A stretch of 62,768 nucleotides of DNA from Patescibacteria group bacterium (GCA_041651195.1 JBAZJR010000006.1:1-62768); one strand, 5' to 3'; positions 17,820-28,189 are shown, numbered from the stretch's first letter. Numbers and translations: made by a program. The notes: generated by a model from the sequence alone, not told the origin.

Positions 17820-20139
17820 ATTTTCTTCTTAATTCAAGATAGCGCCCTTCCTTCTTGATGTATTTCAAAATATCTGAAAAGGCGGCGCTAACATCCGGAT
17901 CATAACAACCCAGAAAAGTCGCTGAGTTGCCGACTATTGTTAGTTTATCCTGCGCTCGAGAAATAGCGACATTCAGGCGCCGGAGGTCGCTATTGAAACC
18001 TACGTCATTATAAGGATTAGACCGCACTAAGCTGAGGACGATGCCATAGCGCTGCGAACCCTGGAAAGCATCGACGGTATCGACCAGTTCTTCGAGCAAG
18101 CGGTCGATATCTTCCTTAGCGACCATGATCGCGCTGTTAAATAATAAAGCTTGACGCAATCTCTTCTTAATCTCTCTGATCTGAGCCTGATAGGGCGTGA
18201 TGATGGCGCAGTCCTGGATCTTCCCGCCTTCGGCTAAGCATTGCTTGACGCGGCCGATGAATTGGTCCACCGCAATCCGCGCTTCCGCGACATTATAGAA
18301 AGAGGTGCCTCTTTTCCTTTCTTGATTATCTGGCCAAGATTTAGTATCAATGAATTTTATGCTGCCCTCATCGAAAGGATTGAAGCGTCCGGAAATCAAT
18401 TCAGCTCCGTAAAAACCCCGGCTGACCAGATCAGCGATCTTTCTTAAAGACCGGCGATTGATCGCCAGCAAATGGCTCGGGACAAGCTGCTTTTTGACTA
18501 AAGCTGTGAAAAAACCGGTCGCGAAGGAATCCAGATCTTCCTCAGGAAAGTTCTGCCTAATTTCATGTTTGGCTTCCTCCGGCAAAGAAATATTCCCTAA
18601 TTGCCGATGATCGCCGATCATCACTAGTTTTTCCTCAACCGCCGAGAAAAGAGGTAGCATTTCATAGAGATATCCCTTAGTCGCTTCATCGATGAATCCG
18701 AAATCGATCGTGATGCTATTCAACAGGATCTTCATCGTGCGATCGACTATCGATGAATTGAGGGTGACAAATAGAACGACGCCTTGCCCATTATTCCGCT
18801 TAATCATGATATCCTGATATTCTAGGCTGGATAATTGTTTTTCAACCGCTTCGGCTTCAGGCGCTTCGCCGGCTTCCGTTTTTTCCGGCAGACACTCTTC
18901 ATACCGGCTGGAACGGTGAAAGCGTTTATTGCCATAAGAAATATTCGCGGGATTATTCGTTAAACGGAATAACAGGCCAACGCTTTCCGGCGGCAATAAA
19001 GTGGCTACTTGCTCCAAGATGTTGTCCAAGCCCTGATTGCTATGGCTCGTGACTACGACCGTCTTATTCTGTTTCAGTAATTGCTCGATGGCCAGAGCGG
19101 TGAGGAATGTTTTGCCGGTGCCCGGCGGCCCTTCGACCGCTGTTACATAATCTGGACCGAATATCTTAGCTAGGGCTTTGACTTGGGACTGATCGCGTAA
19201 AATTTTTTGTTCCGTATGGCTGAGCGTCAAGCAATGATAGTTATTCCCCCGATCAGGCATACGCTCCCCCATCAACTCCGAAAGCGGAGCGGGGTATGTA
19301 GCCGACCGGGCCCTTGATATCTTAAGACAAGACCGGCGATATTCATTAATAATAGAGCTATCTGATTTAAGGTTGAACCAGCGGATGCTATTGATTACCG
19401 CGGCTGATTTCCGACTCAAAAAAGCGACGACTATTCCCTCTTCAGAAACTTTTTTTACGCTCGCCTCCAAATTTTTGCCATCCGCCAAGGAAAAGACCAA
19501 TTGGCTATCTTCCGTAAAAATGTTCCTTCCTTTATGCGTCATCTGGCCAGAAGACAAGGAGATGCTCAAAGTCTTGATCTTCTTGTTAGCGCCATACCAG
19601 AAACGCTGTTCAAAACAGATCGAAGTAACATCGGCCAGCCAATTGAGCAGCCAGTCTAAATAGGCGAGCGAACAGTCCAAAGCCGTGGTGAAGTTATCCG
19701 CTCGGCGATTCAGATGAGCATAGGAAATATAGTCCGCCTCAAATCTGATCAATTCATATTTTCCTTCCGCGAGCCGTTTAATATGCTTATCCGGATCAGG
19801 CAGAATACTCGCGACCAAGCGCGCAAACTCAGGCCAGCTACCATAATTATAATAATCATGATCCAGGTCAGAGCGGATATTGATCAGATAAGGCTCAAAA
19901 TCCTTCTTGCCGCCGCCATAGACCAAGAGGACTTTACTTTGCGGCCAAGATTCCTTAGCTTGCAGCCCCTCAATCTGCCCTCGATTCACTAATAAGACAG
20001 TTTCTGGAGAAATAATTTCAGCCGGAAGATTTCTTTTCAGGCTATCGGACAATTGGAAAGATATTTTCCGTTTTTCTAATTCTTTGACGTAAACATTGCC
20101 TGGATTATCACAAATTACTAAGATTTTTTTCCCATTCAT
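17818..20139 (-). CDS. Superfamily 1B helicase, Upf1/DNA2-like (AAA_11/AAA_12 type), with an unassigned ~330-aa N-terminal region
   Basis: 773 aa. Motif I GPPGTGKTF, Ia VVTSHSNQGLDN, II FIDEATKG, III VMIGDHRQL, V/VI ITPYQAQ, VDAFQGSQ, RRLNVAISRA. Confidence 0.85.
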   Translation of the reverse strand: MNGKKILVICDNPGNVYVKELEKRKISFQLSDSLKRNLPAEIISPETVLLVNRGQIEGLQAKESWPQSKVLLVYGGGKKDFEPYLINIRSDLDHDYYNYGSWPEFARLVASILPDPDKHIKRLAEGKYELIRFEADYISYAHLNRRADNFTTALDCSLAYLDWLLNWLADVTSICFEQRFWYGANKKIKTLSISLSSGQMTHKGRNIFTEDSQLVFSLADGKNLEASVKKVSEEGIVVAFLSRKSAAVINSIRWFNLKSDSSIINEYRRSCLKISRARSATYPAPLSELMGERMPDRGNNYHCLTLSHTEQKILRDQSQVKALAKIFGPDYVTAVEGPPGTGKTFLTALAIEQLLKQNKTVVVTSHSNQGLDNILEQVATLLPPESVGLLFRLTNNPANISYGNKRFHRSSRYEECLPEKTEAGEAPEAEAVEKQLSSLEYQDIMIKRNNGQGVVLFVTLNSSIVDRTMKILLNSITIDFGFIDEATKGYLYEMLPLFSAVEEKLVMIGDHRQLGNISLPEEAKHEIRQNFPEEDLDSFATGFFTALVKKQLVPSHLLAINRRSLRKIADLVSRGFYGAELISGRFNPFDEGSIKFIDTKSWPDNQERKRGTSFYNVAEARIAVDQFIGRVKQCLAEGGKIQDCAIITPYQAQIREIKKRLRQALLFNSAIMVAKEDIDRLLEELVDTVDAFQGSQRYGIVLSLVRSNPYNDVGFNSDLRRLNVAISRAQDKLTIVGNSATFLGCYDPDVSAAFSDILKYIKKEGRYLELRRK

Positions 20140-20181
20140 TTAATTGCCTCGCTTAAGTTGTTAATGTAAAATTTTCCTATC

Positions 20182-20210
20182 ACTTTACAATTTTTATCGT
20201 TGGATGTCAA
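20182..20210 (-). promoter_or_regulatory. candidate sigma-70 promoter of the helicase gene (TTGACA-17-TAAAGT)
   Basis: Minus strand reads TTGACAtccaacgataaaaattgTAAAGT, about 45 nt upstream of the ATG at 20139. Confidence 0.5.
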
Positions 20211-20215
20211 CCGTG

Positions 20216-20253
20216 AAATAATAAAAACTACCCCCGATATTAAGAGGGTAGTT
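20216..20253 (-). terminator. terminator of the 20273-21781 gene
   Basis: Stem AACTACCC / GGGTAGTT (20226-20233 and 20246-20253), followed on the minus strand by TTTTATTATTT. Confidence 0.65.
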
Positions 20254-20272
20254 TCATGCGATTATCTAATAA

Positions 20273-21781
20273 TTAATCTTTCCTGATCAGGATCTTGATG
20301 CGATCGACCAAGCTCGGCGCTTTCTTGATGAAAGAAGGGGAGAAATTTAAAGAATAATCCTTGATTTCCGGTTGCGCCTTCAGATAAGTCGCGATCTGTT
20401 CCGCGGTCAAGTTCACTAGTTGTTGCGGATTGATAACTTCCGCATCGCTCTTAAGGATCATCACTCCATTAAATATCGCTTTGACGGTCGCTGTCTTGGT
20501 AGCTGGATCATAATTTTCCAGGCTGTAGATTATCTCTTCTGGATTAAATTCAGTCAATTCCTTGTCATCAGGGATGATCAGATTAAGCTTAGCCGCCGCT
20601 AGGCGGGAAGCTTGCTCTTTATTGAAAGAAACCGCAATCACTTTGCCTTTAGCCTGCGCGGTAAACTGTTCCTGCTGGCTGCCTTTTTTGGCACTCAGGC
20701 TAACAATCGGCGCTTCGTCGGCCAGATACAGCCAGCTGTCATCCGCCGAAAGGCCGACGCTAGCCTGTTCTTTGGCAGTTTTTAGCAAAGTATCCGTGAT
20801 GTCCGCAGTTGCCCGCTCTAAATCGCTCACATTGACGTATTTCTGCACCTTCTGGGTATAAACGAATTTAGCGTCGCTCTTCGCGTAGATCTTGTCCTGC
20901 AGGCCCAGCCATAATCCGGGGATAGTGAAAGTCGTCGGCCCGATCGCCAAGTTCGCCGCGGGCTTGTCGGCATAGATGCTGACGGTCACTTCCCCGCCCG
21001 CCGGCACGTTTACGGCATTCTTCAAACGGAATAGTTTATTATCGGGACTAAGCAGCCGAGTCGTCGCAACTAAGGCCTGGCTCTTATTATAATTATTGAT
21101 TATCCTGACTTCGCCGATGATCTCTTCGCCTAGATAGGTCTCGCCGGTCGCCTGATAGGCCTTTTCCACGCTAGTCTCGATTTCTTTGACCAGGCCGCTG
21201 ACGGTTTCGCGCGGATCGTTTTCGTCAATCAAGCCGGCGGTACTGGAAGCAATATCCGTGGCACTGGCCTGATCAACGACTTTCAATAATAAATTATCAT
21301 TTATGGATTCGCCTTTTAGACTGATCGCCACCGTCAGCTTAGAAAAAGAAAAATAGGCGACGATGGCTGCCAGGATCAAGACTAAGGCGACAAACTTTAT
21401 GACCAAGCGCCGATACAGCCCCAAGCTGCGCCCGGCTTTCCGCCCCTTGCCTCTTTTTGGATCCGGCTCCGCCTGGCCTTCCTCTTCCTTCATCTCGGAA
21501 GCCAGCCCGGAGAAAAATTCTTTTTGCCGATCGATAGCTTCCGGAAGGTCTGATCTTTCAGATTTATTTTCTTTCCAGTCGCCCGCTTTACCGCCAGCCT
21601 TATCAGGTTCATCGTCGAAAGAAGATAAGAACAAGCTATCGTCTACCGGCTCATCCTCAATAACGTCGACCAAGATAGATTTAGTTTTCTTTTTAGGATG
21701 GATAGTGCGCAAAGCCGGTTTTTTAGGAGACCTAGTCCTTTTTGAAACTGCGGCCGGCGCGGCTGATTTAGTTCTTGGCAT
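20273..21781 (-). CDS. hypothetical membrane-anchored protein with a basic disordered N-terminus
   Basis: The ORF-track start at 21820 is TTG. The ATG at 21781 (MPRTKSAAP) is preferred. Lys/Pro/Glu-rich ~130 aa, one TM helix (FVALVLILAAIVAYFSF), then a ~350-aa outer domain. No family recognised. Confidence 0.55.
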   Translation of the reverse strand: MPRTKSAAPAAVSKRTRSPKKPALRTIHPKKKTKSILVDVIEDEPVDDSLFLSSFDDEPDKAGGKAGDWKENKSERSDLPEAIDRQKEFFSGLASEMKEEEGQAEPDPKRGKGRKAGRSLGLYRRLVIKFVALVLILAAIVAYFSFSKLTVAISLKGESINDNLLLKVVDQASATDIASSTAGLIDENDPRETVSGLVKEIETSVEKAYQATGETYLGEEIIGEVRIINNYNKSQALVATTRLLSPDNKLFRLKNAVNVPAGGEVTVSIYADKPAANLAIGPTTFTIPGLWLGLQDKIYAKSDAKFVYTQKVQKYVNVSDLERATADITDTLLKTAKEQASVGLSADDSWLYLADEAPIVSLSAKKGSQQEQFTAQAKGKVIAVSFNKEQASRLAAAKLNLIIPDDKELTEFNPEEIIYSLENYDPATKTATVKAIFNGVMILKSDAEVINPQQLVNLTAEQIATYLKAQPEIKDYSLNFSPSFIKKAPSLVDRIKILIRKD

Positions 21782-21879
21782 AAAAAGATAAACAAAAAAA
21801 GATAAACAAAAATGAAGCAAATCTATAATAGCTTCATTATAACAGAATTTAAAAAAGCAGACAATTTTTTTGCTAGCTA

Positions 21880-24800
21880 TCAGCCCGCGATCTTGATGGT
21901 CGCAGAAAATTTATCCGTTAAGCGCTGGCGGAGATCAGGATTATTGTCGACTTTGAACGCGGTCTTGATGATCTGTGCCGATCCTGACGCGTCAATTCGG
22001 AAATAGACCTCGTCCTCGCCCGGATAGTCCGCGAAGATAGCGCGCAGTTCCGCCAAATCGTCCGACGGCGCGGCCTGCAAAAAGATCAAGCGCAAAGGAT
22101 TCGCGGCCGGGCGCGCGAGTGCGGCTACCGCTGCCGGAGACGGGGACGGCGCTGGAGCCGATTTAGCGTTATAGTTATAGCCGTTGCCGTTAGCCTGTCC
22201 GTAACCATTCCGGAAACCGTTCCTCGCCGGTCCGCTTTCCAAGATTAATTTTTTAAAAGCATCGACGGATTGCTGCGGCGCCGCGATATCTAAAGCGGCC
22301 GCGCGATTGATCAAAATCTTGATATCGGAATCTTTCTCGGAAATCTTCCCATCAATAATAATCGCCTGCCCTTCGCGCCACAGGGCGACAGTATCCTTGA
22401 GCAAACGCGGGAAAACCAAGACTTCGACTGCCATGCTCGCGTCCTCGATCTTCACGAAAAGCATCGATTCGCCGCTCCGCGTGATTATCTTCTTGATAGT
22501 CGAAATAATGCCGGCCGTAATGATTCGGTCGTCTCCCTTGTGCCCGCGGAGCTCCGCGAGCGGCAAGGCATAATTAAGCAGATATGGCCGGAAAGCATTA
22601 TACGGATGCTCGCTAACGTATAGGCCTAAGAGTTCTTTTTCCCAATTCAATTTTTCATTCTGTTCCGCCGGCGCCGACGGCGAAAGCGCCGGCCGGTCGC
22701 TGCCCGCGGAAGGCAGATCGGCGAAAAGGCTGCTCTGCTTGTTCTCTTTATTCTTAGCTAACTCTTTATTAAAGCTCAAGAGCCTCTCCATATTGGCTAA
22801 TAGCTGGCCGCGCTCGCCGAAACTATCCAGGGCGCCGCTCCTGATCAGGCTCTCCAGCGATTTCTTATTGAGATCTTTATCAGTAATCCGGGCTAAGAGG
22901 TCAAAGATATCCTGATAGGGGCCGTTTTCTTTGCGCTCCCTGATGATCTCTTCCACGATATGTTCACCGACGTTCTTGATCGCCTTTAACCCGAAGCGGA
23001 TAGTTTTGAGCTTCTCGTCCGCGGCAACAACCTGATTCGTCTTGGTGCCGGCAGTAACGACCGTAAAGGTCGCGAAAGACTCGTTGACGTCCGGCGCCAT
23101 GATCTGGAGTCCCATGTTGCGGCATTCTTCGATCTCGATCGCGACCCGATCCGTATCGCCCTGGTCGGAGGTCAGGAGGGCGGCCATGAATTCGACCGGC
23201 CAATGCGCCTTCAGATAGGCGGTCTGGTAACCGATCATCGCGTAACAGGCCGCGTGGCTGCGGTTGAAGCCGTAACCGGCGAAAGGTTCGATAAAAGAAA
23301 AAACCTTCTCGCCTAATTCTTTATAAACGCCGTTCTTGACGCAGCCTTCGATGAATTTTTCCTTCTGTTCGGCTAAGAGCGAGGCGATCTTCTTGCCCAT
23401 CGCTTTGCGCAAGACATCGGCCTGGCCCATAGTAAAGCCGGCTAGGTCGCGGGCGATCTGCATGACCTGTTCCTGGTAGATCGCGACGCCGTAGGTCTTT
23501 TCCAGGATCGGCGCCAGCTTCGGGTGCAGATAGGCGACTTTCTTCTTTTGATGCTTGCCAGCGATATAGTCCGGTATCCATTCCATCGGACCCGGCCGAT
23601 AGAGGGCGACCATCGCGATGATATCTTCAAAAATCGTCGGCTTGAGTTCACGCAGATAGCGTTTCATGCCGGAAGATTCAAACTGGAAGACACCGGTGGT
23701 TTCGCCTTCCTGGAAAAGCTTATACGTCTCGCTGTCATCGAGCGGAATATCGTCGATATCTATTTCTAGGCCGCGGGTATTCTTGATTATCTTCAGGGCG
23801 GATTCGATGATCGTCAGATTCTTCAAGCCCAGGAAATCCATCTTTAAGAGGCCCAAATCTTCGATCGGATGCAAAGAATATTGCGAGATGATGCTTCGAT
23901 CGGAAGAAGAAGCGTATTGGATCGGCACATATTCCGTTAAGGGATTCTTGGTAATCAAGACGCCGCAGGCATGGGTCGAGGCATGCCGGGCAACGCCTTC
24001 TAAGCGTTTCGCATAATCTAGGATGCGCCGCGCCGCCGGTTCCTGGCTATACATCTCGCGGAGTTCCGGCACGGTCTTGAGCGCTTCGTCGAGCTTCATG
24101 AACATCGGAATGCTCTTGGAAATTTTATCGCAATAATCATAGGGTTCGTCTAAGACCCGGCCGACATCGCGGACCGCTGCCCGTGCCGCCATCGTCCCGA
24201 AAGTGATGATCTGGGCGACGTGGTCCGAGCCATATTTGTTTTCCACGTAATTCAAAACCTCACCGCGCCGGATATCGGCAAAATCCATATCGATATCAGG
24301 CATGGAAATACGTTCCGGATTCAGGAAACGCTCGAAAAGCAAATCGTATTTCAAGGGATCCAAATTAGTGATGCCGGTCAGATAGCAGACTAATGATCCG
24401 GCCGCTGAGCCACGTCCCGGACCGACTACGATCTTATGGTCCTTAGCCCAATTGATAAAATCAGCCACGATCAAAAAATAGGAAGGCCAACCCATCTTGG
24501 CGATAACGGATAATTCGTAATCTAAGCGCTCGTCGATCGCCTGGCGCTCGGCCGGGCTAGCCGCCGGGAATCTTTTTGGTATCCCTTTCTCGCACCACTC
24601 GCGCAGATAAGAACTGCCGTCATAACCCGCCGGCACTTCGAAATGCGGCAATTGGATATTGCCGAGCTCGATATCGACATCGCACATCTCGGCGATCTTG
24701 ACCGTATTGGCGATCGCTTCCGGCGTCTCGCGGAAGGCAGCGATCATCTCAGCGTTAGAACGCATAGAGTAATCGCCGTAACCGAGCATCTTCATCCGGT

Positions 24801-25500
24801 CGGTATCGGTAATTTTTTTCTTGTTCTGCAGACAGAGCAGGATGTCCTGGGCTTCGGCATCCTCTTTCTTAAAATAATGATTATCGTTAGTGGCCACAAG
24901 CGGAATGCCCAGTTCGCGCGAAAAACTGATCAGCTGCCGGTTGACCTTGGGCTGCTCATCTAATTCCGGGTGATCCTGGATTTCCAGATAATAATTCCCC
25001 GTTCCGAAAAGCTCGTTATATTCTAAAATCCTTTTTTTCGCCTCCGCCAGCTTATCGGCGACAATGAGCCGGGGGATCTCTCCGGCTAAACAGGCGGAAC
25101 AAGCGATCAGGCCTTCATGATGTTCCTGTAATATTTCCCAATCGATGCGCGGCTTATAATAAAAGCCTTCGATATGGGCATGCGACACCAGCTTGATCAG
25201 ATTCTGGTAGCCGGTATTATTCTTAGCCAATAATAAGAGATGGTAGCCGCGGCCGTCATCCCTGGTATTCTTATCAAAACGCGAACCCGGCGCCAGATAA
25301 GTTTCGACGCCTAAGATCGGCTTGATTCCGGCTTTCTTCGCTTTCTGGTAAAATTCAATGATGCCATACATCGTACCGTGATCCGTCAAGGCGACAGCCG
25401 GAGAGCCCTGTTCTTTGGCATAGTTAACCATTTCATCCAGCTTGGTCAGGCCGTCGAGCAAAGAATAATGGCTATGGTTATGGAGGTGGACAAAAGACAT
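21880..25500 (-). CDS. dnaE: DNA polymerase III alpha subunit
   Basis: 1206 aa. PHP domain start MSFVHLHNHSHYSLLDG, polymerase core (PDIDMDF), HhH and OB-fold regions. Confidence 0.95.
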   Translation of the reverse strand: MSFVHLHNHSHYSLLDGLTKLDEMVNYAKEQGSPAVALTDHGTMYGIIEFYQKAKKAGIKPILGVETYLAPGSRFDKNTRDDGRGYHLLLLAKNNTGYQNLIKLVSHAHIEGFYYKPRIDWEILQEHHEGLIACSACLAGEIPRLIVADKLAEAKKRILEYNELFGTGNYYLEIQDHPELDEQPKVNRQLISFSRELGIPLVATNDNHYFKKEDAEAQDILLCLQNKKKITDTDRMKMLGYGDYSMRSNAEMIAAFRETPEAIANTVKIAEMCDVDIELGNIQLPHFEVPAGYDGSSYLREWCEKGIPKRFPAASPAERQAIDERLDYELSVIAKMGWPSYFLIVADFINWAKDHKIVVGPGRGSAAGSLVCYLTGITNLDPLKYDLLFERFLNPERISMPDIDMDFADIRRGEVLNYVENKYGSDHVAQIITFGTMAARAAVRDVGRVLDEPYDYCDKISKSIPMFMKLDEALKTVPELREMYSQEPAARRILDYAKRLEGVARHASTHACGVLITKNPLTEYVPIQYASSSDRSIISQYSLHPIEDLGLLKMDFLGLKNLTIIESALKIIKNTRGLEIDIDDIPLDDSETYKLFQEGETTGVFQFESSGMKRYLRELKPTIFEDIIAMVALYRPGPMEWIPDYIAGKHQKKKVAYLHPKLAPILEKTYGVAIYQEQVMQIARDLAGFTMGQADVLRKAMGKKIASLLAEQKEKFIEGCVKNGVYKELGEKVFSFIEPFAGYGFNRSHAACYAMIGYQTAYLKAHWPVEFMAALLTSDQGDTDRVAIEIEECRNMGLQIMAPDVNESFATFTVVTAGTKTNQVVAADEKLKTIRFGLKAIKNVGEHIVEEIIRERKENGPYQDIFDLLARITDKDLNKKSLESLIRSGALDSFGERGQLLANMERLLSFNKELAKNKENKQSSLFADLPSAGSDRPALSPSAPAEQNEKLNWEKELLGLYVSEHPYNAFRPYLLNYALPLAELRGHKGDDRIITAGIISTIKKIITRSGESMLFVKIEDASMAVEVLVFPRLLKDTVALWREGQAIIIDGKISEKDSDIKILINRAAALDIAAPQQSVDAFKKLILESGPARNGFRNGYGQANGNGYNYNAKSAPAPSPSPAAVAALARPAANPLRLIFLQAAPSDDLAELRAIFADYPGEDEVYFRIDASGSAQIIKTAFKVDNNPDLRQRLTDKFSATIKIAG

Positions 25501-25613
25501 GTATTGTGTGATAAAAACTAAATAAAAAATTCCGGTTGTCTTTAATATTTTAGTATAAGGAAATCAGATTAGCAAATAAGCGGCCTTATTTGAAAAATAA
25601 ACAAAAATAGATA

Positions 25614-25642
25614 TTGACTGATCAGCTAAAATAAGATAATAT
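25614..25642 (+). promoter_or_regulatory. candidate sigma-70 promoter (TTGACT-17-TAATAT)
   Basis: ttgactgatcagctaaaataagataatat lies about 40 nt upstream of the ATG at 25681. Confidence 0.5.
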
Positions 25643-25680
25643 TATAATAAATACGCATTTTTATTAATAATACTCCATCT

Positions 25681-26094
25681 ATGCGGGAAAGGATCTTATA
25701 TCATGACGCCGAGAAAGGCCAAGAAAATAAATCGAGCATATTATGGAAAAAATATGGCTTTAGAGGCCAGCCGCCGAAAGCCGGGTCAGTTGTGGAAAAA
25801 CGGCTTATCGATACTTGCCAAGAATATTTAGATGCCATTAAAATACGCGCAAAAACGGGAATACAATTAGATTCCAGAATAACTGGGCAAAACATAAATC
25901 TAGATCCGATGAAAAGATCGGACGATCACCAGCGCCAACTGCATAATCAGATATCTCTGATGATAATCGGGGCTAACCGCTCCGGCCTGCCTCCTCAAAT
26001 GGCCGAAAAAATAAGCGATTTTGCCTGTGAACTCATCTATGGAATGAAGTTAGCTGCTTATGAGAAAATACTATTTTATGAACAACCAGAATAA
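25681..26094 (+). CDS. hypothetical protein
   Basis: 137-aa ORF in an AT-rich insert between dnaE and parB, with its own promoter. No family recognised. Confidence 0.45.
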   Translation: MRERILYHDAEKGQENKSSILWKKYGFRGQPPKAGSVVEKRLIDTCQEYLDAIKIRAKTGIQLDSRITGQNINLDPMKRSDDHQRQLHNQISLMIIGANRSGLPPQMAEKISDFACELIYGMKLAAYEKILFYEQPE

Positions 26095-26140
26095 ACTTCC
26101 GAAATAGATTAAAATAAAAAATAAAAAAGGATAAATAAAA

Positions 26141-26170
26141 AATAGCACACCTGATAATGGTCGTGCTATT
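26141..26170. terminator. hairpin between convergent small genes
   Basis: Stem AATAGCAC (26141-26148) / GTGCTATT (26163-26170) with T-rich flanks. Confidence 0.45.
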
Positions 26171-26397
26171 TATTTTGGCAATTCTCTTAAAGACGAAGAC
26201 ACAAAAATCAGGTTTTGATATTGTACCTTATAATAAAATGTCCCATCTTTATTATGTTTGGCTTTTTTGATACCGGCCCCGGCTTTAACCAGGATTTCTA
26301 ATTCTTCAATAGAAATAGAGTAATTTTTACGTCTCCCGGACCAAGAGTCGACCATTCTTAAGAGAATTTCCTGTGCTTGAATAGTAAATTCGTTCAT
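26170..26397 (-). CDS. hypothetical small protein
   Basis: 75 aa. Strong SD (AAAAGGAGATTAA-ATG) and an upstream TATAAT. No family recognised. Confidence 0.55.
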   Translation of the reverse strand: MNEFTIQAQEILLRMVDSWSGRRKNYSISIEELEILVKAGAGIKKAKHNKDGTFYYKVQYQNLIFVSSSLRELPK

Positions 26398-26506
26398 TTA
26401 ATCTCCTTTTCTAAGCTGAGTGGTATTATAATACATTTTAATAATTATGTCAATATGTATAAAATAAAAAGGTTAAATTTAAAATCTTATATTTTTTATA
26501 CTAATA

Positions 26507-27388
26507 TTAACGTTTTATCTTCTTCATAATTTCATTGAGTTCTTCTTCACTATAAAAATCGATAATCAGCTGGCCGCCCTTCCCTTTCCGCCTGATCTCC
26601 ACCTTAGTGCTGAAATATTCTCCGAGCTCTTCTTCTTTGCCGCGATCAAAATAATCCTTCTGCTTGGCCGACTTGGTGCCACCCAGCCTTTTTATCTCCT
26701 TATCGGTCTCAGCTACGGTCAGATTCTGGCGCAAGATTTTCTTGAGCATATTCAGTTGCTTGGCCTCGTTCTCTAGGCCCAAGAGATACTTAGCGTGCGC
26801 CTCGGTAATCTTCCCGACGGCAAGCGCTTCCTGGATAGCGGCCGGCAGAGCGAGCAAGCGCAGAGCATTAGCGACGCTGGAACGAGCCTTGCCTAACTTC
26901 TTAGCCGCTTCTTCCTGCGTGATATTGAATTCATCGATCAGGCGGCGATAAGCGCGGGCACTTTCTAGCGGGTTCAGATTCTCCCGTTGCAGGTTTTCGA
27001 TCAAAGCTAATTCTAATTTCTTTTGTTCCTGTTCAGACCGGACGATGACCGGCACTTCCTTCAAGCCGACGAGTTTCGCGCTGCGCAAACGCCGTTCGCC
27101 GGCGATGAGTTCGAAGCGCTCGCCCTTCTTAGTGACGAGCAGAGGGGAAATGATCCCGTGCTGCTTGATAGATTCCGCCAGGTCGTTCAAGGCCGTTTCA
27201 TTAAAATGCGTCCGTGGCTGCTGCGGATTGATATCGATCCGCTCTGGGCTGACTTTCAAGACCCGGTCGCCGTCTTGCATGATCACGACCTCATCTTCCG
27301 ACGTTTGGGTCGCAAAAGGATTCTGACCGTAGGTCATTGTTTTTTTCGGAATCAAGGAACCGAGTCCCCGACCTAAACCTTGAGGCAT
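26507..27388 (-). CDS. parB: chromosome partitioning protein ParB/Spo0J
   Basis: 293 aa. ParB box GERRLRSAKLVGLKEVPVIV and an HTH region (QEEAAKKLGKARSSVANALRLL). Confidence 0.9.
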   Translation of the reverse strand: MPQGLGRGLGSLIPKKTMTYGQNPFATQTSEDEVVIMQDGDRVLKVSPERIDINPQQPRTHFNETALNDLAESIKQHGIISPLLVTKKGERFELIAGERRLRSAKLVGLKEVPVIVRSEQEQKKLELALIENLQRENLNPLESARAYRRLIDEFNITQEEAAKKLGKARSSVANALRLLALPAAIQEALAVGKITEAHAKYLLGLENEAKQLNMLKKILRQNLTVAETDKEIKRLGGTKSAKQKDYFDRGKEEELGEYFSTKVEIRRKGKGGQLIIDFYSEEELNEIMKKIKR

Positions 27389-27424
27389 ATGATAATAAAT
27401 TAATATTCAAAACTGATTAAGAGC

Positions 27425-28189
27425 TTATTTCTCCAGACTGAGGATCTCTCTGGCCAGCCCTTCATAGGCCCGACCGCCTTTGGATTTCGGATCATAATGG
27501 AAAATCGAGCGTCCATAGCTCGGCGCTTCAGCGAGGCGGACGCTGCGCGGGATAACCGAACGGAAAATGCGATTAGGAAAATATTGATATAATTCGGCCA
27601 TTACTGATTCGGAAAGCTTATTCCGCCGATCAAACATCGTAATGACCGCGCCCATGATCCCTAGGCTCGGCTTTAGATTATTCTGGACCAAGCTGATCGT
27701 CTCCAGGAGCTGGCTTAATCCCTCTAAAGCGTAGTATTCGCTCTGGATCGGAATCAGGACCTGGTCCGCGGCGACGAGGCTATTGATCGTCAATAACCCT
27801 AGGGAGGGCGGTCCGTCAATGATAATATAATCAAAATCCGCTCTCACCTCTTCTAGGATATGGGACAAGCGGAATTCCCGATTATCCAAAGCGACCATCT
27901 CCACGCCGGCCCCGGCTAGCGAAATCGTGGCTGGAGCAACTTTTAGACCGGACTGGACAGTCCTTTTTATCACTTCGATCAAGGGCTTAGAGCCTAATAA
28001 GGCCTCATAGACGCCGGCTTCCAGATTGCGATGGTCAAGACCCAGGCCAGAGGTCGCATTTGCCTGCGGATCAACGTCTACTAAAAGCACCTGCTGGCCA
28101 AGGTCGGCCAGGTAGGCGCTGAGATTGACAGCCGTCGTGGTTTTACCGACGCCACCCTTCTGATTGACGATAGCGATCACTTTGCCCAT
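27425..28189 (-). CDS. parA: chromosome partitioning ATPase ParA/Soj
   Basis: 254 aa. Deviant Walker A NQKGGVGKTTT. Directly upstream of parB. Confidence 0.9.
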   Translation of the reverse strand: MGKVIAIVNQKGGVGKTTTAVNLSAYLADLGQQVLLVDVDPQANATSGLGLDHRNLEAGVYEALLGSKPLIEVIKRTVQSGLKVAPATISLAGAGVEMVALDNREFRLSHILEEVRADFDYIIIDGPPSLGLLTINSLVAADQVLIPIQSEYYALEGLSQLLETISLVQNNLKPSLGIMGAVITMFDRRNKLSESVMAELYQYFPNRIFRSVIPRSVRLAEAPSYGRSIFHYDPKSKGGRAYEGLAREILSLEK

